64,000 nt of DNA from an uncultured Candidatus Sumerlaeota bacterium. GTDB taxonomy: Bacteria > Sumerlaeota > Sumerlaeia > MWCT01 > JAGHBZ01. Both the position numbers and the translations under genes were made by a program. The notes below the pieces were generated by a model that was given only the letters and a program-made list of their open reading frames with translations, made no database searches and was not told where the DNA came from. Below are positions 1 through 10,519 of the stretch, in pieces. The stretch's first letter is position 1; each line of letters opens with the position of its first letter. The stretch lies in the NCBI GenBank assembly GCA_964608095.1, contig CAZSMK010000011.1, positions 103,282-167,281 on the forward strand, read 5' to 3'.

Positions 1-355
1 CGGGACCTGAGCCGCAAATCGCCCCAAATCCTGTGCATGCACCCACTGATGCCATGGCTAACCCTCCCGGAAGAGAACCCATCCATACATACGCCGTCCG
101 AAAAAGTCGTTTACTTATCCCTGAGTGAAACGCTATCTGACCCATAAACACGAAAAGGGGGATGACGGTAAGGCTATAAGAAGCGAACGTTTCGTAAAGA
201 TCGATTGTAATCATACTGAGTGCGGCGCCGGGTGAGACAATGATGGCGAAACCTATCAAGCCGACCGTTGCCATAACAAAGGCGACCGGCATGCTGCTGA
301 CCAACAACACAACAAGCAACGCAGTACCGATAAGGCCTATTTGGATCGGCGTCAT
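1..355 (-). CDS. dctM: TRAP transporter large permease DctM, N-terminal part; the gene continues beyond the window edge
   Basis: My reverse-strand translation from an ATG at 355 is hydrophobic and DctM-like (MTPIQIGLIGTALLVVLLVSSMPVAFVMATVGLIGFAIIV...). The start overlaps the dctQ stop by 4 nt (ATGA). It is absent from the ORF track only because it is cut by the window edge. Confidence 0.55.
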   Translation of the reverse strand, partial: MTPIQIGLIGTALLVVLLVSSMPVAFVMATVGLIGFAIIVSPGAALSMITIDLYETFASYSLTVIPLFVFMGQIAFHSGISKRLFRTAYVWMGSLPGGLAMASVGACTGFGAICGSGP

Positions 356-879
356 GGCTTGATCATTTCTTTTCCGGGATGGAGGAGATTATGGATGATG
401 ACCAGCACCACCACGACGCATGAAAAGGATACTAAATAAGGAACCCAATAGAGTGGCAGTTGAAGCGTGGTCGATACCAATCCGGTTGATTTCATCTCGT
501 TCCCGTACTTCACAGTTTCCACACTGAGCACACTGAACAGCGCTATGGCAATTGTCCGTGCAATACTATCAACAACTATCCTGCCTGTGCGGGAAAGCTT
601 ATGGAAGAAATACTCGATTGCAACATGACCCTTGACTGCAGTGGTATATGGTAAGGCACACGCGATTGTAATGGTACCTGCAATTTTAACTATATCGTAG
701 GTGCCGATAAGGGGAGAACCGAAGAGTCGCATCACCACATCAATACAAATCACGCTCATCATTGTGATGATGCCCAACCCCGAAAAAACCATTAAAATAT
801 ATACAAAGAACCTTGCTATAATAGAATAGAGACGGAGTAATGGTTTCATTTTTGAAACAATATCCCAAAAACCGCCCAT
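352..879 (-). CDS. dctQ: TRAP transporter small permease (DctQ family)
   Basis: A 175-aa protein with 4 TM segments, sitting between the DctP and DctM genes and overlapped with both in the usual TRAP operon layout. Confidence 0.75.
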   Translation of the reverse strand: MGGFWDIVSKMKPLLRLYSIIARFFVYILMVFSGLGIITMMSVICIDVVMRLFGSPLIGTYDIVKIAGTITIACALPYTTAVKGHVAIEYFFHKLSRTGRIVVDSIARTIAIALFSVLSVETVKYGNEMKSTGLVSTTLQLPLYWVPYLVSFSCVVVVLVIIHNLLHPGKEMIKP

Positions 880-882
880 GAA

Positions 883-1965
883 CTACTCGCTGCCTGCGGT
901 TTGCTTCTCAAGCATGCTCTGAATATCGCTCAGGAACTCCTCGCCCGGAAAATTCTTTTCCTCTGTCGTAGCTACGTACTCGTCAAGAATCGGCTGTACC
1001 GCTTCTTTCCATTTCTTCTTTTCCTCATCGGATAGATTAATTATTGTACGCCCGAGTTCCTGGACGAATTGGAGTCCCTCTTCATCCGCTATATCCCACG
1101 CTTTGCCATGCTTCTCAACCCATTCCATGCTTACATCCGTAAACACCTTCTGGATATCAGCAGGAAGGTTATTCCAGACGTCCTTATTCATCACTACGAA
1201 CATAGCGGTCGTGTAGCCGATTACTTGCGTATTGGTGATGGAATCAATAACTTCCGCCTGTTTCCATCCTTTCAGGGTTTCAATAGGACAGAAGGTCGCA
1301 TCGACAACGCCCTTCTGCAACGCCTCATAGGTCTCGCCCTGGCTCATGGCGACCGGTGCGCCACCGAGATGCTTGACTATCTTTGATGATAAACCGGTTG
1401 CCCTTACTTTTACGCCATTCATCTCCTCTAAAGTTCTTATCGGCTTTTTACTCGCAAGGATTCCCGGTCCATGCGCATGGACATAAAGGACGTGGGTGTC
1501 TGAAACTTCTTCCGGCTTGTACTTCATCACCATCTCAGTGGCGATCTTTGTGGCGGTCATCCCATCCGGATACCCCAGGGGTAGGTCTAATCCTTCAAGT
1601 AACGGAAACCTGCCGCGCGTGTAAGCGAAACAACTCATACCTAAATCGGAAATTCCGCTTACCACACCTTCATAACATTGGGGCGCTTGTGAAAGAGAAC
1701 CGCCGGGATAGACCGTGATTTTCACCCTTCCGTCAGTCCGCTCTTCTATTTCTTCCGCCCAATCCACACCTGTCTTGCATTGTATATGAGTGGGGGGAAA
1801 GAAAATACTGTAGGAAAGACTGAACTCGGGCTCTTGTTGTACCTCCGCACCTTCCTCACCGCCGCCGCACCCTACAAAACAAAACAGCACTAAACTTACA
1901 AATGCGCCGAAACATACAATCATGCGTAATAGATTTCTGTTCATGATCGCTCCTTTCATCTTCAT
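883..1965 (-). CDS. dctP: TRAP transporter solute-binding lipoprotein (DctP family)
   Basis: A 360-aa protein with a lipoprotein signal ([12 protein letters not shown]) and a DctP-like periplasmic binding fold. It ends in a TAG stop. Confidence 0.75.
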   Translation of the reverse strand: MKMKGAIMNRNLLRMIVCFGAFVSLVLFCFVGCGGGEEGAEVQQEPEFSLSYSIFFPPTHIQCKTGVDWAEEIEERTDGRVKITVYPGGSLSQAPQCYEGVVSGISDLGMSCFAYTRGRFPLLEGLDLPLGYPDGMTATKIATEMVMKYKPEEVSDTHVLYVHAHGPGILASKKPIRTLEEMNGVKVRATGLSSKIVKHLGGAPVAMSQGETYEALQKGVVDATFCPIETLKGWKQAEVIDSITNTQVIGYTTAMFVVMNKDVWNNLPADIQKVFTDVSMEWVEKHGKAWDIADEEGLQFVQELGRTIINLSDEEKKKWKEAVQPILDEYVATTEEKNFPGEEFLSDIQSMLEKQTAGSE

Positions 1966-2091
1966 CCAATCAAGTTAGATGGTGCCTCTTATGCGTATTT
2001 TGGTAAATATTGTCAGGAGAATACGATTCGGCTGACTTTCTGTCAACAGGAGAATGTCCGAATAGAAATTCTGGATTTTTCACCTCGGACT

Positions 2092-3099
2092 CTATTCATC
2101 CTCAAGCCATTCACCGCCTTCACCTATATTCGCCAATGTAAACACGCGCGACTTCAATGTTATGTGTTTGGGAACCTCTTCACCGTTAAAGATTTTGAGC
2201 GCGGTATCTATAGCCTCGCGTCCGCCGGTCGGATATTCGAAGCTTGCCGCAAGAATCCCCTGTCGAACGTACGCCTGCCCTTCCTGTTGAAGGGCGTCTA
2301 TCCCGACAAAGATAATATCTTTCTCCCTGCCGGCTGCCTTTGCTGCAAGGTACGCGCCGTGTGCGCCCGGATCGTTATGAGAATAGACGAGGTCGATGTC
2401 ATCGTATCGTGCAAGGGCTGATTCCATTTCTTTTCGGGCATCCGGTTCGAGCCATTTCATATCCGCCTCGAATATGACCTCGATATCGGTGCCTTCTATC
2501 GCCTTGCGGAATCCGGAATGTCTGTCCTGTCCCGGTGTGGACGTCATCAGACCCTTTAACTCGACCACCTTGCCTTCTCCACCAAGACGGTTAACTATCC
2601 ATTTGCCCGCGTGCCACCCTATTTTCTTGTTATCGGCGCCGATAAAACATGTGTATTTATCGCCAAGGATAGCACGGTCGAGAACTATTAGGGGTATTCC
2701 GGCATCGATGGCTTTACCGACCGGCTCAGTGAGCGGCTGTGCTTCCTTCGGGCTTATGATGAGTAAATCCACACCCGCACTGATAAATTCCTCCACATGG
2801 GCACGTTGTTTAAGGGTATCGTTCTGCGCATCTTTGAAGATCATCTTGATTTCTGGATGGTTCTTTGCCGCTGCTTCTATGTCCGCATTCATCTGGACAC
2901 GCCATGGCTCCCCAAGATTACACTGGCTCATACCAATTGTATAGACCTTTGCAGCTTCTTCGGGCTCGGGTATCGGCTCCTGAATAGTGTAGGCGTCCTC
3001 AGGTGACGTTTCACTTTCAGAACCGCCACACCCACCGATAACAAAAAGAACCATTAGAAACAAACCGCAAAGAGCAATTCTGTTGAATATCCTTATCAT
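2092..3099 (-). CDS. sugar ABC transporter substrate-binding lipoprotein (ribose/galactose-type periplasmic binding protein)
   Basis: A lipobox (VIGGCGGSE) followed by the Peripla_BP_4-like pattern (VYTIGMSQCNLGEPWRVQMN...LIVLDR). It is last in an ABC operon. Confidence 0.8.
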   Translation of the reverse strand: MIRIFNRIALCGLFLMVLFVIGGCGGSESETSPEDAYTIQEPIPEPEEAAKVYTIGMSQCNLGEPWRVQMNADIEAAAKNHPEIKMIFKDAQNDTLKQRAHVEEFISAGVDLLIISPKEAQPLTEPVGKAIDAGIPLIVLDRAILGDKYTCFIGADNKKIGWHAGKWIVNRLGGEGKVVELKGLMTSTPGQDRHSGFRKAIEGTDIEVIFEADMKWLEPDARKEMESALARYDDIDLVYSHNDPGAHGAYLAAKAAGREKDIIFVGIDALQQEGQAYVRQGILAASFEYPTGGREAIDTALKIFNGEEVPKHITLKSRVFTLANIGEGGEWLEDE

Positions 3100-3199
3100 T
3101 TTTCATCCTCCTCCATTGCGTTCCTTTATCTAATGTTAAGTTACACAAGTAGCGTTATTAAAAGAGGTTACACACTTTTTGTCAACTTTATTAACGATT

Positions 3200-4222
3200 T
3201 TATCGCTTCCCAAGTCTCTGCATAATAACTGCTGCGATGATGATAACACCCATGAGCATCAGTCGACTGGCTTCAGGCACTGCGTTGATGCTGAGTATCT
3301 TGTCGAGATAACCGATGGTGAGTGTTCCGATAAGAGTCAATCCAATGCCACCGCGTCCACCCATGAGATTGGTTCCCCCGATGACGACAATAGCGATTGC
3401 GGTTAATTCGTAGCCAGCGCCTGCTTCGGGATCGCCCTGCTGTTCCTGCGCCGCCTGGCACATACCCGCAACCCCTACAAGCAATCCCGACGCCATATAC
3501 GCCATGATCTTCGCTTTTTTTACTGGCACACCGGAGAGCCGCGCCGCTTCTTCGTTTCCACCCAGGGCATATAACTGCCTCCCCCACCGATGCCGTGCGA
3601 GAGCGACCCACGCTATTCCCACACAGACCAGAAAAATAATGGTAACAACACTGACGTTATCTCCCAGAATTCGTGAATCTATCATGCGGAAAATATGCGG
3701 CACGTCCACGTAACGGTATGTGCCATCCGGATTTGGGACGGCAGTCGATACCTTCATCCCACCGCTTATAGTTTTTGCCAGACCGCGTGCAAAGACCATC
3801 ATGGCAAGTGTCGCGATAAAAGGTTGAATGGAAAAAAAGGCCGTTAACGAGCCGGAAACCATGCCGCAGGCTGCTCCTATCAAAAGACATGCGGGGATTG
3901 ATACAAGCGGCGACCATCCGAGATGAATACTCATAAGCGAAAAACAGACGGCAACCAGAGCAAGCACGCTTCCGACTGCCAGATCGATTCCCGCCGTAAT
4001 AATCACCAGGGTCATCCCGCATGCAAGGATGCCGAAAACCGATGCCTGCCGTAACGCATCGCGATGTGTTCCCATCTTGAAAAATGCACCCTCTGCATTA
4101 AAAATAACGCCCAGCAACACAACGAGCATGAAGGCAAGAAACGCAAGGTTCGCAGGACTGCTGAATCTCCTCTTTAATGTATGAACATTGTATAACGACT
4201 GATATTTTTCACCCGCCATCAA
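3200..4222 (-). CDS. sugar ABC transporter permease (RbsC/AraH-type)
   Basis: A 340-aa polytopic membrane protein with the BPD_transp_2 pattern. Its start overlaps the stop of the ATPase gene. Confidence 0.8.
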   Translation of the reverse strand: MMAGEKYQSLYNVHTLKRRFSSPANLAFLAFMLVVLLGVIFNAEGAFFKMGTHRDALRQASVFGILACGMTLVIITAGIDLAVGSVLALVAVCFSLMSIHLGWSPLVSIPACLLIGAACGMVSGSLTAFFSIQPFIATLAMMVFARGLAKTISGGMKVSTAVPNPDGTYRYVDVPHIFRMIDSRILGDNVSVVTIIFLVCVGIAWVALARHRWGRQLYALGGNEEAARLSGVPVKKAKIMAYMASGLLVGVAGMCQAAQEQQGDPEAGAGYELTAIAIVVIGGTNLMGGRGGIGLTLIGTLTIGYLDKILSINAVPEASRLMLMGVIIIAAVIMQRLGKR

Positions 4223-5778
4223 GACTGAAACTCCTTTCCCATTGCCGCTTCGAGGATACGGTCAGCCGATGCCTGGTCACGTGAAAACTCCGCCATTAAA
4301 CGCCCTCGGTGCATTACGGCGATTCTGTCACTCATGGCAAGCAATTCAGGCATCTCCGATGATATGAGAATCAGCGCTATCCCTCGGGAAGTCCATTCGT
4401 TCATGAGATCATAAATTTCGCGTTTCGCTCCTACATCTATGCCTCGAGTCGGTTCATCCAACAAGAACAACTGTGGTTCTGTCTGAAGCCATTTCGTTAT
4501 CACCACTTTTTGCTGGTTTCCTCCGGAGAGCTCATTAACGTTCATATCCAGGGATGCCGCGCGGATATTAAGATACTTAACGGCTTTTTCGGTATCGACT
4601 CGTTCCTGATAGGGGCGTCGCCACCCAGCCGGTGAAAAACGCTCCAGACTTGCAAGGGTTGCATTCGCAATAATGGACATCGAAAGTACAAGCCCCGTTG
4701 ATTTGCGATCATTGGTCAAAAGGGCGATTCCATGATCAATCGCTTCACGAGGAGAATATATGCTTACCGGTTCTCCATCTAACAGCATCTCACCATGGAC
4801 ATTTTTACCATACGCGCCGAAAAGACCCATAAGAAGTTCACTGGCGCCGGAACCCTGTAACCCGCCGATTCCGAGAATCTCGCCCGAACGGACAGAGAGA
4901 GAAATCCGGGCTACCGCCGGTCTGGCATGAATCCCTTCAGGGAACACACTGAAATCCCGAATCTCAAGGCGGTTCTCACCTATTTGTGGTTTATGACGCG
5001 GAAACTGCTGACTGATCTCCCTTCCTATCATCCATCTTATCAGCTCTTTCATTTCGAGTCTCGATGCCGGTGCGGTTCCCACGAGTCTGCCATCTCTCAA
5101 AACAGAGATTCGGTCGGCAATGCGCTGGATTTCTTCCATCTTATGCGTGATATACACAATACCACAACCAGTTGATTTCAAATCCCGGATAAGTGAAAAG
5201 AGTTTTTCTACCTCAGGAGCGTTCAAGGCGCTGGTTGGCTCGTCCATTATAATAACCTTTGCGTCATGACTCAACACCTTGGCAATTTCAACGACCTGCT
5301 GCATGGCAATAGGCAACTCTTCAACGCAGGCATCGACATTCAGCTCCAACCCAAGTCTTTTCATGAGCCGCAATGCCTCTCGGCGTTGTAATGCATAATC
5401 AACAAACCCGCCTCGTGTGATAGGTCTTCCAAGAAAGATATTGTCGACCACAGTCATGCTCGGAACTAATGAGAGCTCCTGGTGAATAACGGCAACTCCC
5501 AGTTCGTTTGCTTCCTGTGGCGAGGCAGGATGGACACTTTTCTCCTCTATTTGAATGCTTCCCTTGTAATCCGTGTACACTCCGGCAAGGATTTTTATCA
5601 ACGTTGTCTTCCCGGCTCCGTTTTCTCCCGCAAGCACATGTGTCTCTCCGGGAAATATCTCGAAATCTACATCTTCGAGCACAGAAACCCCGCTGAAACT
5701 CTTGCACATTCCCTTCATTACTATCAGGGAGCGCGCCTCTGTCTTAATAGTTTGCAAAGTACAAAAAAACTCCTTCAA
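4219..5778 (-). CDS. sugar ABC transporter ATP-binding protein with duplicated ABC domains (RbsA/MglA-like)
   Basis: It carries two Walker A sites (GENGAGKTTL and GLQGSGASELL) and two LSGGQ-like signatures (LSGGNQQK) in 519 aa. Confidence 0.85.
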   Translation of the reverse strand: MKEFFCTLQTIKTEARSLIVMKGMCKSFSGVSVLEDVDFEIFPGETHVLAGENGAGKTTLIKILAGVYTDYKGSIQIEEKSVHPASPQEANELGVAVIHQELSLVPSMTVVDNIFLGRPITRGGFVDYALQRREALRLMKRLGLELNVDACVEELPIAMQQVVEIAKVLSHDAKVIIMDEPTSALNAPEVEKLFSLIRDLKSTGCGIVYITHKMEEIQRIADRISVLRDGRLVGTAPASRLEMKELIRWMIGREISQQFPRHKPQIGENRLEIRDFSVFPEGIHARPAVARISLSVRSGEILGIGGLQGSGASELLMGLFGAYGKNVHGEMLLDGEPVSIYSPREAIDHGIALLTNDRKSTGLVLSMSIIANATLASLERFSPAGWRRPYQERVDTEKAVKYLNIRAASLDMNVNELSGGNQQKVVITKWLQTEPQLFLLDEPTRGIDVGAKREIYDLMNEWTSRGIALILISSEMPELLAMSDRIAVMHRGRLMAEFSRDQASADRILEAAMGKEFQS

Positions 5779-5843
5779 TCCTTTTTGTAAAGATCCTCAA
5801 CGAAATTTTTTTACTTATTAGAGCACAAGAGACTCAGTGTTTT

Positions 5844-8486
5844 TCATTCAGGAATCGGTATTGCCGCACCCCAGTTTGAAGGATCACGCCAGTTGGCACC
5901 TGTTCCACTCCACATCAGTACATTCTCTCTAACTTCTGCATCGGGATTGATTTTATTGTTGACCGCAATATCGAATCCCAGGAACTTTTCGGGTATCACT
6001 TCCTCGCCAAGTGAGCTCAGGGGAATCCGGGCTTCCAACAGGTACCCGTTATTCGTTTCCGTGGACGCCACTTCCGCATTCTCAATCGGTAAGCCATTGG
6101 GGGCGGCATCGGAACTCTCTGCTTTCCAGTTCCATACAGAGGGATTTTCTCCGTTATCCCCTGGAGAAATGCCGATCTGGTAATCATGTTCACCGTATGA
6201 ATGATTGAGCGTAGGCCCGTTAAACCCGAGGTAAAGTTCAACTGAATCGCCGCGCCATATTTCATTTGACTCATGCGGATTCACCAGCGGACTGCTATCT
6301 ATCACGCGGGCTCCTATATAGAGGTCGTCCTGGGTCCAGAAGATCTGGACGTATGCGCTGAACTCTTGTTCCGGTATCGGTTCAGACAGTTCGGGGACAA
6401 CTTGATGTTCCGGTGAGGCAAGTTTTACCGATGGTATGCGCTTGTCCCGCCATTCGTCAATCTCGCCGTCTACTACGATTCCCTGTTTACATAAAGGCTG
6501 ACCCCATAGATATAAAGAACCAGTGGCGTCGAGTCCCTCTTCTGACTCCACATGCGCATCAAGCCGTACTTCCCTTTTCCCCGTTCCTAAGCCACGCTCG
6601 ATGGAAACCATTCCACCCGGTCGCATATCCCTTATATAGCGTTCGCCCGGTATCTCCTTGTCTTCAAATTCCCATCTTACCGTACCTGAAATGATACGCT
6701 CGGTAAGGTTCGTAATCAATGTCGTCAGTGTATAATCGCCCGTTTCCCCACCAACAATCATCCCAATCTCAAACGGTTCGGCATACACGACATCAAGATA
6801 GAAAGAATATGGTTGATCCCCGGATTTGTTAATCCGTTTCCGGGTAAATGGCGGGACGTGCTCATCGAGTGATATTTGCGCAACCACACTCTTGACTTGT
6901 CCGGGCTCAAGAAGAACTTTCTCGAGCGGTGATGATATCGCGACCTCCTGCTCACCGTCCGCTCCTAATAATGATTCAAGATCGATCTCCACAGGATTAG
7001 GAAGCGTGTTCATAACGGTCAATTCAGCCTTGTGCGACTCGCCCGGCGACAGAAAAACAGGATTGGGCTCGATTTGAACTGCGGCAAGTGTCTGCACTTT
7101 TTTTGAGAGATTCATTAAATAACAAGGCTCGTGCGTCAATTCGATTTCTGCGACCCCTTCGGACGTAGGTTCGATTTCCTTGACAAAAGAACAATACACA
7201 TCATCCATAATAATATTTGAATCCGCTGGAAGAACAATACGTGCCGGCTCACCATCCTGCTTCACCCACCCAACTGCAAAAAGCCCTTGTCGAGAAGCAA
7301 AGAGAAGAAGTTCAACATCATTTTCCCGGGCAGGGTCAGCCGTTACGTTACATAACCTGCCAAGAAAGTCGGCATTGCTCAACCGTTGTGACATTATTCT
7401 GTATACTTGAGCGGCGGGTTTCTCTTCGAGGTTTGCATACACCAACCCCCAATGACCGATAGCATCTGGCTCCATCGACCAATCCGCCATGCAGAAATAA
7501 TAAAATTGCTCGATACCACCCGCAATGGACATCAGATGTTTCTTCATTATCCAGGAGGCGTGTTCATCGAGCGGTAAGGGAGACATCAGCTCATTTTTGC
7601 CGCTTCCGATACCGAGTTCCGTGATAAGGAGAGGCTTATCGCCGTCGCCGTATCGCTGCATTATACGCCGAACGTGGATAATCTCATTCAGGAGCTCATC
7701 TTCGTCGCGTCTTCCGCTGTAATGATGAAATGAGACCGCATCGAGATAATCCGAACAGCCTTCCTTGTAACATTTTTCAATAAAAGCATAATCCGCACCC
7801 GCGGTGCAAAGCCCCACTATGGTACAGCTCGGATCAGCTTCTTTTGCCCTCGTATAGGCGACCTTCAAAACTTCGGTATATAGAACCGGATCGGGTGTGG
7901 GTACCCAGAACGGGCGGATATTGGGTTCGTTCCAGACTTCCCACCGGCTGACCTTATCTTTATAGCGATTAACGACTTCAAAGACATACTGTCCGAAAAG
8001 AGCGCGCTCCTCCGGGGTAGCGGGCGACACATCACCTGACCATGCCGACGCATAAGAAAGAATGGGAAAAGGTTCGAGCCCGGCTTTGCAAATTTCCTCG
8101 ATGACAAGATCGGCTAAATCCCATTCCCAGCGCGCCTTCTCCGGCTGGATGATACCCCACCAGAAATCCGTTCGCATGTATGACGCACCCAGGTCCTTCG
8201 CTTTGGCAAGTTTTGACCGTAGATTGGTCTTCACTTCATCAGTGATCGTAAAATCATTGTCCACATACTCATGAAACGGCGAAATCCCATTCAGGCAGAA
8301 AAACTTCGATAGATCGACCGGGTTTGCCGGCGGTAGCTGTCCCCTTTCAAGGTCATGCGTAAGGATAGAGGGAACTAATTTACATGCTACTGTTAATACA
8401 ATACCGCTCATAAATATAAATGCCACTAAAAGCCTCAGCGCTCTTCTCTTACTCGTGAACCTGCTTGTTGACCTGCATATAAGCAT
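5844..8486 (-). CDS. membrane-anchored glycoside hydrolase, clan GH-A (GH5-like) with C-terminal CBM9-like carbohydrate-binding domain
   Basis: An N-terminal signal anchor is followed by the GH5 acid/base motif WEVWNEPNI and the nucleophile motif ITELGIG. The C-terminal roughly 200 aa (DGEIDEWRDKRIPS...NWRDPSNWG) resembles a CBM9/DOMON-like sugar-binding module. Confidence 0.7.
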   Translation of the reverse strand: MLICRSTSRFTSKRRALRLLVAFIFMSGIVLTVACKLVPSILTHDLERGQLPPANPVDLSKFFCLNGISPFHEYVDNDFTITDEVKTNLRSKLAKAKDLGASYMRTDFWWGIIQPEKARWEWDLADLVIEEICKAGLEPFPILSYASAWSGDVSPATPEERALFGQYVFEVVNRYKDKVSRWEVWNEPNIRPFWVPTPDPVLYTEVLKVAYTRAKEADPSCTIVGLCTAGADYAFIEKCYKEGCSDYLDAVSFHHYSGRRDEDELLNEIIHVRRIMQRYGDGDKPLLITELGIGSGKNELMSPLPLDEHASWIMKKHLMSIAGGIEQFYYFCMADWSMEPDAIGHWGLVYANLEEKPAAQVYRIMSQRLSNADFLGRLCNVTADPARENDVELLLFASRQGLFAVGWVKQDGEPARIVLPADSNIIMDDVYCSFVKEIEPTSEGVAEIELTHEPCYLMNLSKKVQTLAAVQIEPNPVFLSPGESHKAELTVMNTLPNPVEIDLESLLGADGEQEVAISSPLEKVLLEPGQVKSVVAQISLDEHVPPFTRKRINKSGDQPYSFYLDVVYAEPFEIGMIVGGETGDYTLTTLITNLTERIISGTVRWEFEDKEIPGERYIRDMRPGGMVSIERGLGTGKREVRLDAHVESEEGLDATGSLYLWGQPLCKQGIVVDGEIDEWRDKRIPSVKLASPEHQVVPELSEPIPEQEFSAYVQIFWTQDDLYIGARVIDSSPLVNPHESNEIWRGDSVELYLGFNGPTLNHSYGEHDYQIGISPGDNGENPSVWNWKAESSDAAPNGLPIENAEVASTETNNGYLLEARIPLSSLGEEVIPEKFLGFDIAVNNKINPDAEVRENVLMWSGTGANWRDPSNWGAAIPIPE

Positions 8487-8842
8487 AACCTGCTCTCCTT
8501 TCGAAACTCTTCATCCGGAATTTTGGTGAAAAACATGACCACCGGGATTCCTGATCTATGCCATTTGAATATGTTCTTGCAGGATTCTTGGATGTGAAGA
8601 CTGTCCGGATATTCCCATAAAGATTTTTTTATGACGATTTCTTGAAATTATGTGAACCATATCCCTTCATATTCAGCAATAAAAAAATCATCCAGATGTT
8701 TCGTCTCTACATTAATATACACATGTTACCTTTGTTTAGCTGAGGTTCCGTGAGGTCGCCTTTAAGCTAAACCGCATGTATATTACACCTTGACTTACCT
8801 AATATCAAAGAGTCAGGGTCGGCGACTATAAACCCTCCTCAT

Positions 8843-8967
8843 GGTATTACCGGGGTCAGACCTTCAGTTTACAGTTTTAGCGGCATGGTGACAATGTTCT
8901 CGACGAGAAAGAAAAAAAATAAACAAATATCGTTATACCTAAACTGTAAACTGAAGGTCTGACCCCT
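8843..8967. repeat. 27-bp perfect inverted repeat (GGGGTCAGACCTTCAGTTTACAGTTT / rc) flanking a 70-nt A-rich spacer; a MITE-like or long hairpin element immediately 3' of nadD
   Basis: Read directly: 8843-8869 is the reverse complement of 8941-8967. Confidence 0.6.
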
Positions 8968-9585
8968 TTATTTCTTATTATAGAGGGAATTGAGCTGAAT
9001 GTAGCGAAGGACCGATTGGGCAACAAGATGGTCTATTGGTTTTCTTGAGGCAATTCGTTCTCGTATTTCCGTACTGCTGATGTCGGGCAAGAAGAAAAAG
9101 TCGGACTCTTTCACCTTCTCATATGAATCTTCCATAAGCCGCGGGAGTACGTGTATTTCGACTATGCGCTCCAACTCGTCAATATCCTTCCATTCATGCG
9201 TCTCATCGAGAATATCCGACCCGATAATGAGCACGAAATCATCCGCGGGATATTTTTCCTTGAGCTCTTTTACCGTATCAATGGTATAACTCACGCCACC
9301 TCGTTTACCTTCGATATCGAGCACCTCGACACCGTCCTCAAGCGGTTTCATGGCGAGACGGCACATCTCGAAACGATGCGTAAAATCGACTGTATCTTTG
9401 CTGAACGGGTGTTTGCTGCATGGAATAACGAATATCTTATCAATATCTGTCGTTTCAAGAACATAAAGACATGCAAGCACATGACTCATGTGAGGTGGGT
9501 CGAATGTCCCGCCGAATATTCCGATCTTCATCGTTAACGCCTTTCGTTCGTTTCCTTCGGAATTTAAAGTCAGTTTACTTAACAT
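8968..9585 (-). CDS. nadD: nicotinate-nucleotide adenylyltransferase
   Basis: A 205-aa protein with the (H/T)xGH nucleotidyltransferase motif GGTFDPPHMSH and a NadD-like fold pattern. Confidence 0.85.
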   Translation of the reverse strand: MLSKLTLNSEGNERKALTMKIGIFGGTFDPPHMSHVLACLYVLETTDIDKIFVIPCSKHPFSKDTVDFTHRFEMCRLAMKPLEDGVEVLDIEGKRGGVSYTIDTVKELKEKYPADDFVLIIGSDILDETHEWKDIDELERIVEIHVLPRLMEDSYEKVKESDFFFLPDISSTEIRERIASRKPIDHLVAQSVLRYIQLNSLYNKK

Positions 9586-10477
9586 TACCCACGGATTTTT
9601 CCATGAACCTTCGAGGTTTTATCCCAACTGAATCCCAGAATGTTGTGTCTTCTGTTACGTTATCTTCATTAAGCATCTTGAGCATCTCGAGAGTCAACGG
9701 GAAAAAAGGAACATATTGTAAAACCGCTGTCGCTGGTAGTGACAGGAAAGGGGGAACCGGGATTTTTAAATAGCGCTCAACACCTTTATCTTCTGCAATC
9801 GCATCTACAAGTTGTCCGAAGGTGAGCCGTTCAGGTCCACCGACTTCCAGAATCTTGTTTTTCAACGCAGGGATATCAAGTGACTTCGCCAGACCGCGTG
9901 CGAGGTCTTTAATATATACGGGCTGGTAACGTTTCTTGCCGGTACCTGGAACAAGCGCGGGAGCGTGCGGGACAATCTTCTTCCGCAGGATTGTAGTAAA
10001 ATGATCGTTATCGCCCCAGATGATGGATGGACGAAGAATAAGATACCCGAGTCCGCTCTCGACAACGGCTCTTTCTGCGGCGTACTTGGTCTTGTGAAAC
10101 CGATTTTGTGCATCTGGTCGAGTTCCGAGGGCGCTCATGTAAAGAATCCACATAACGTTGTTGTCCGCCGCCGCTTCCAGGACGGTCTCCGTTCCCCTTA
10201 TGTGAATGAATTCGTAACTTTCGTGCGTGCCATAACCTTCGCGGACAATGCCGACAAGGTGTACAACCGCATCGACAAGATGGCATGCCCGCTTCATACT
10301 CACCAGATCGGTCACATCGCCTTGAACGAGCTCAAGCCGCTGGTCTTCCTCGAGGTGTTTCCATTTTTCGTGTGACCGTGTTCGGACAAGGAGCCGAACA
10401 TGATGTCCGAGCCGAAGCAATTCTTCACGAACCGCAGTTCCCACGAATCCTGTTCCGCCTGTCAGTAAAATCCTCAT
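9575..10477 (-). CDS. NAD(P)-binding Rossmann protein, NAD-dependent epimerase/dehydratase / NmrA-NDUFA9-like family
   Basis: The N-terminus MRILLTGGTGFVGTAV is the GxxGxxG dinucleotide-binding motif, in a 300-aa protein. Confidence 0.7.
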   Translation of the reverse strand: MRILLTGGTGFVGTAVREELLRLGHHVRLLVRTRSHEKWKHLEEDQRLELVQGDVTDLVSMKRACHLVDAVVHLVGIVREGYGTHESYEFIHIRGTETVLEAAADNNVMWILYMSALGTRPDAQNRFHKTKYAAERAVVESGLGYLILRPSIIWGDNDHFTTILRKKIVPHAPALVPGTGKKRYQPVYIKDLARGLAKSLDIPALKNKILEVGGPERLTFGQLVDAIAEDKGVERYLKIPVPPFLSLPATAVLQYVPFFPLTLEMLKMLNEDNVTEDTTFWDSVGIKPRRFMEKSVGNVK

Positions 10478-10519
10478 GCAGTCTATCCTCGCACACGATT
10501 TACAACAAAAGAGAGATGC

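Noticed and set aside
5399-5707. Numerous 60-180-aa ORFs nested antisense or out of frame within the large genes (e.g. 5399-5707, 9151-9537, 22096-22641, 26114-26443).
   Set aside because: Each is fully contained in a well-supported longer gene with clear family signatures and shows low-complexity or Cys/Arg-rich antisense translations typical of spurious ORFs.
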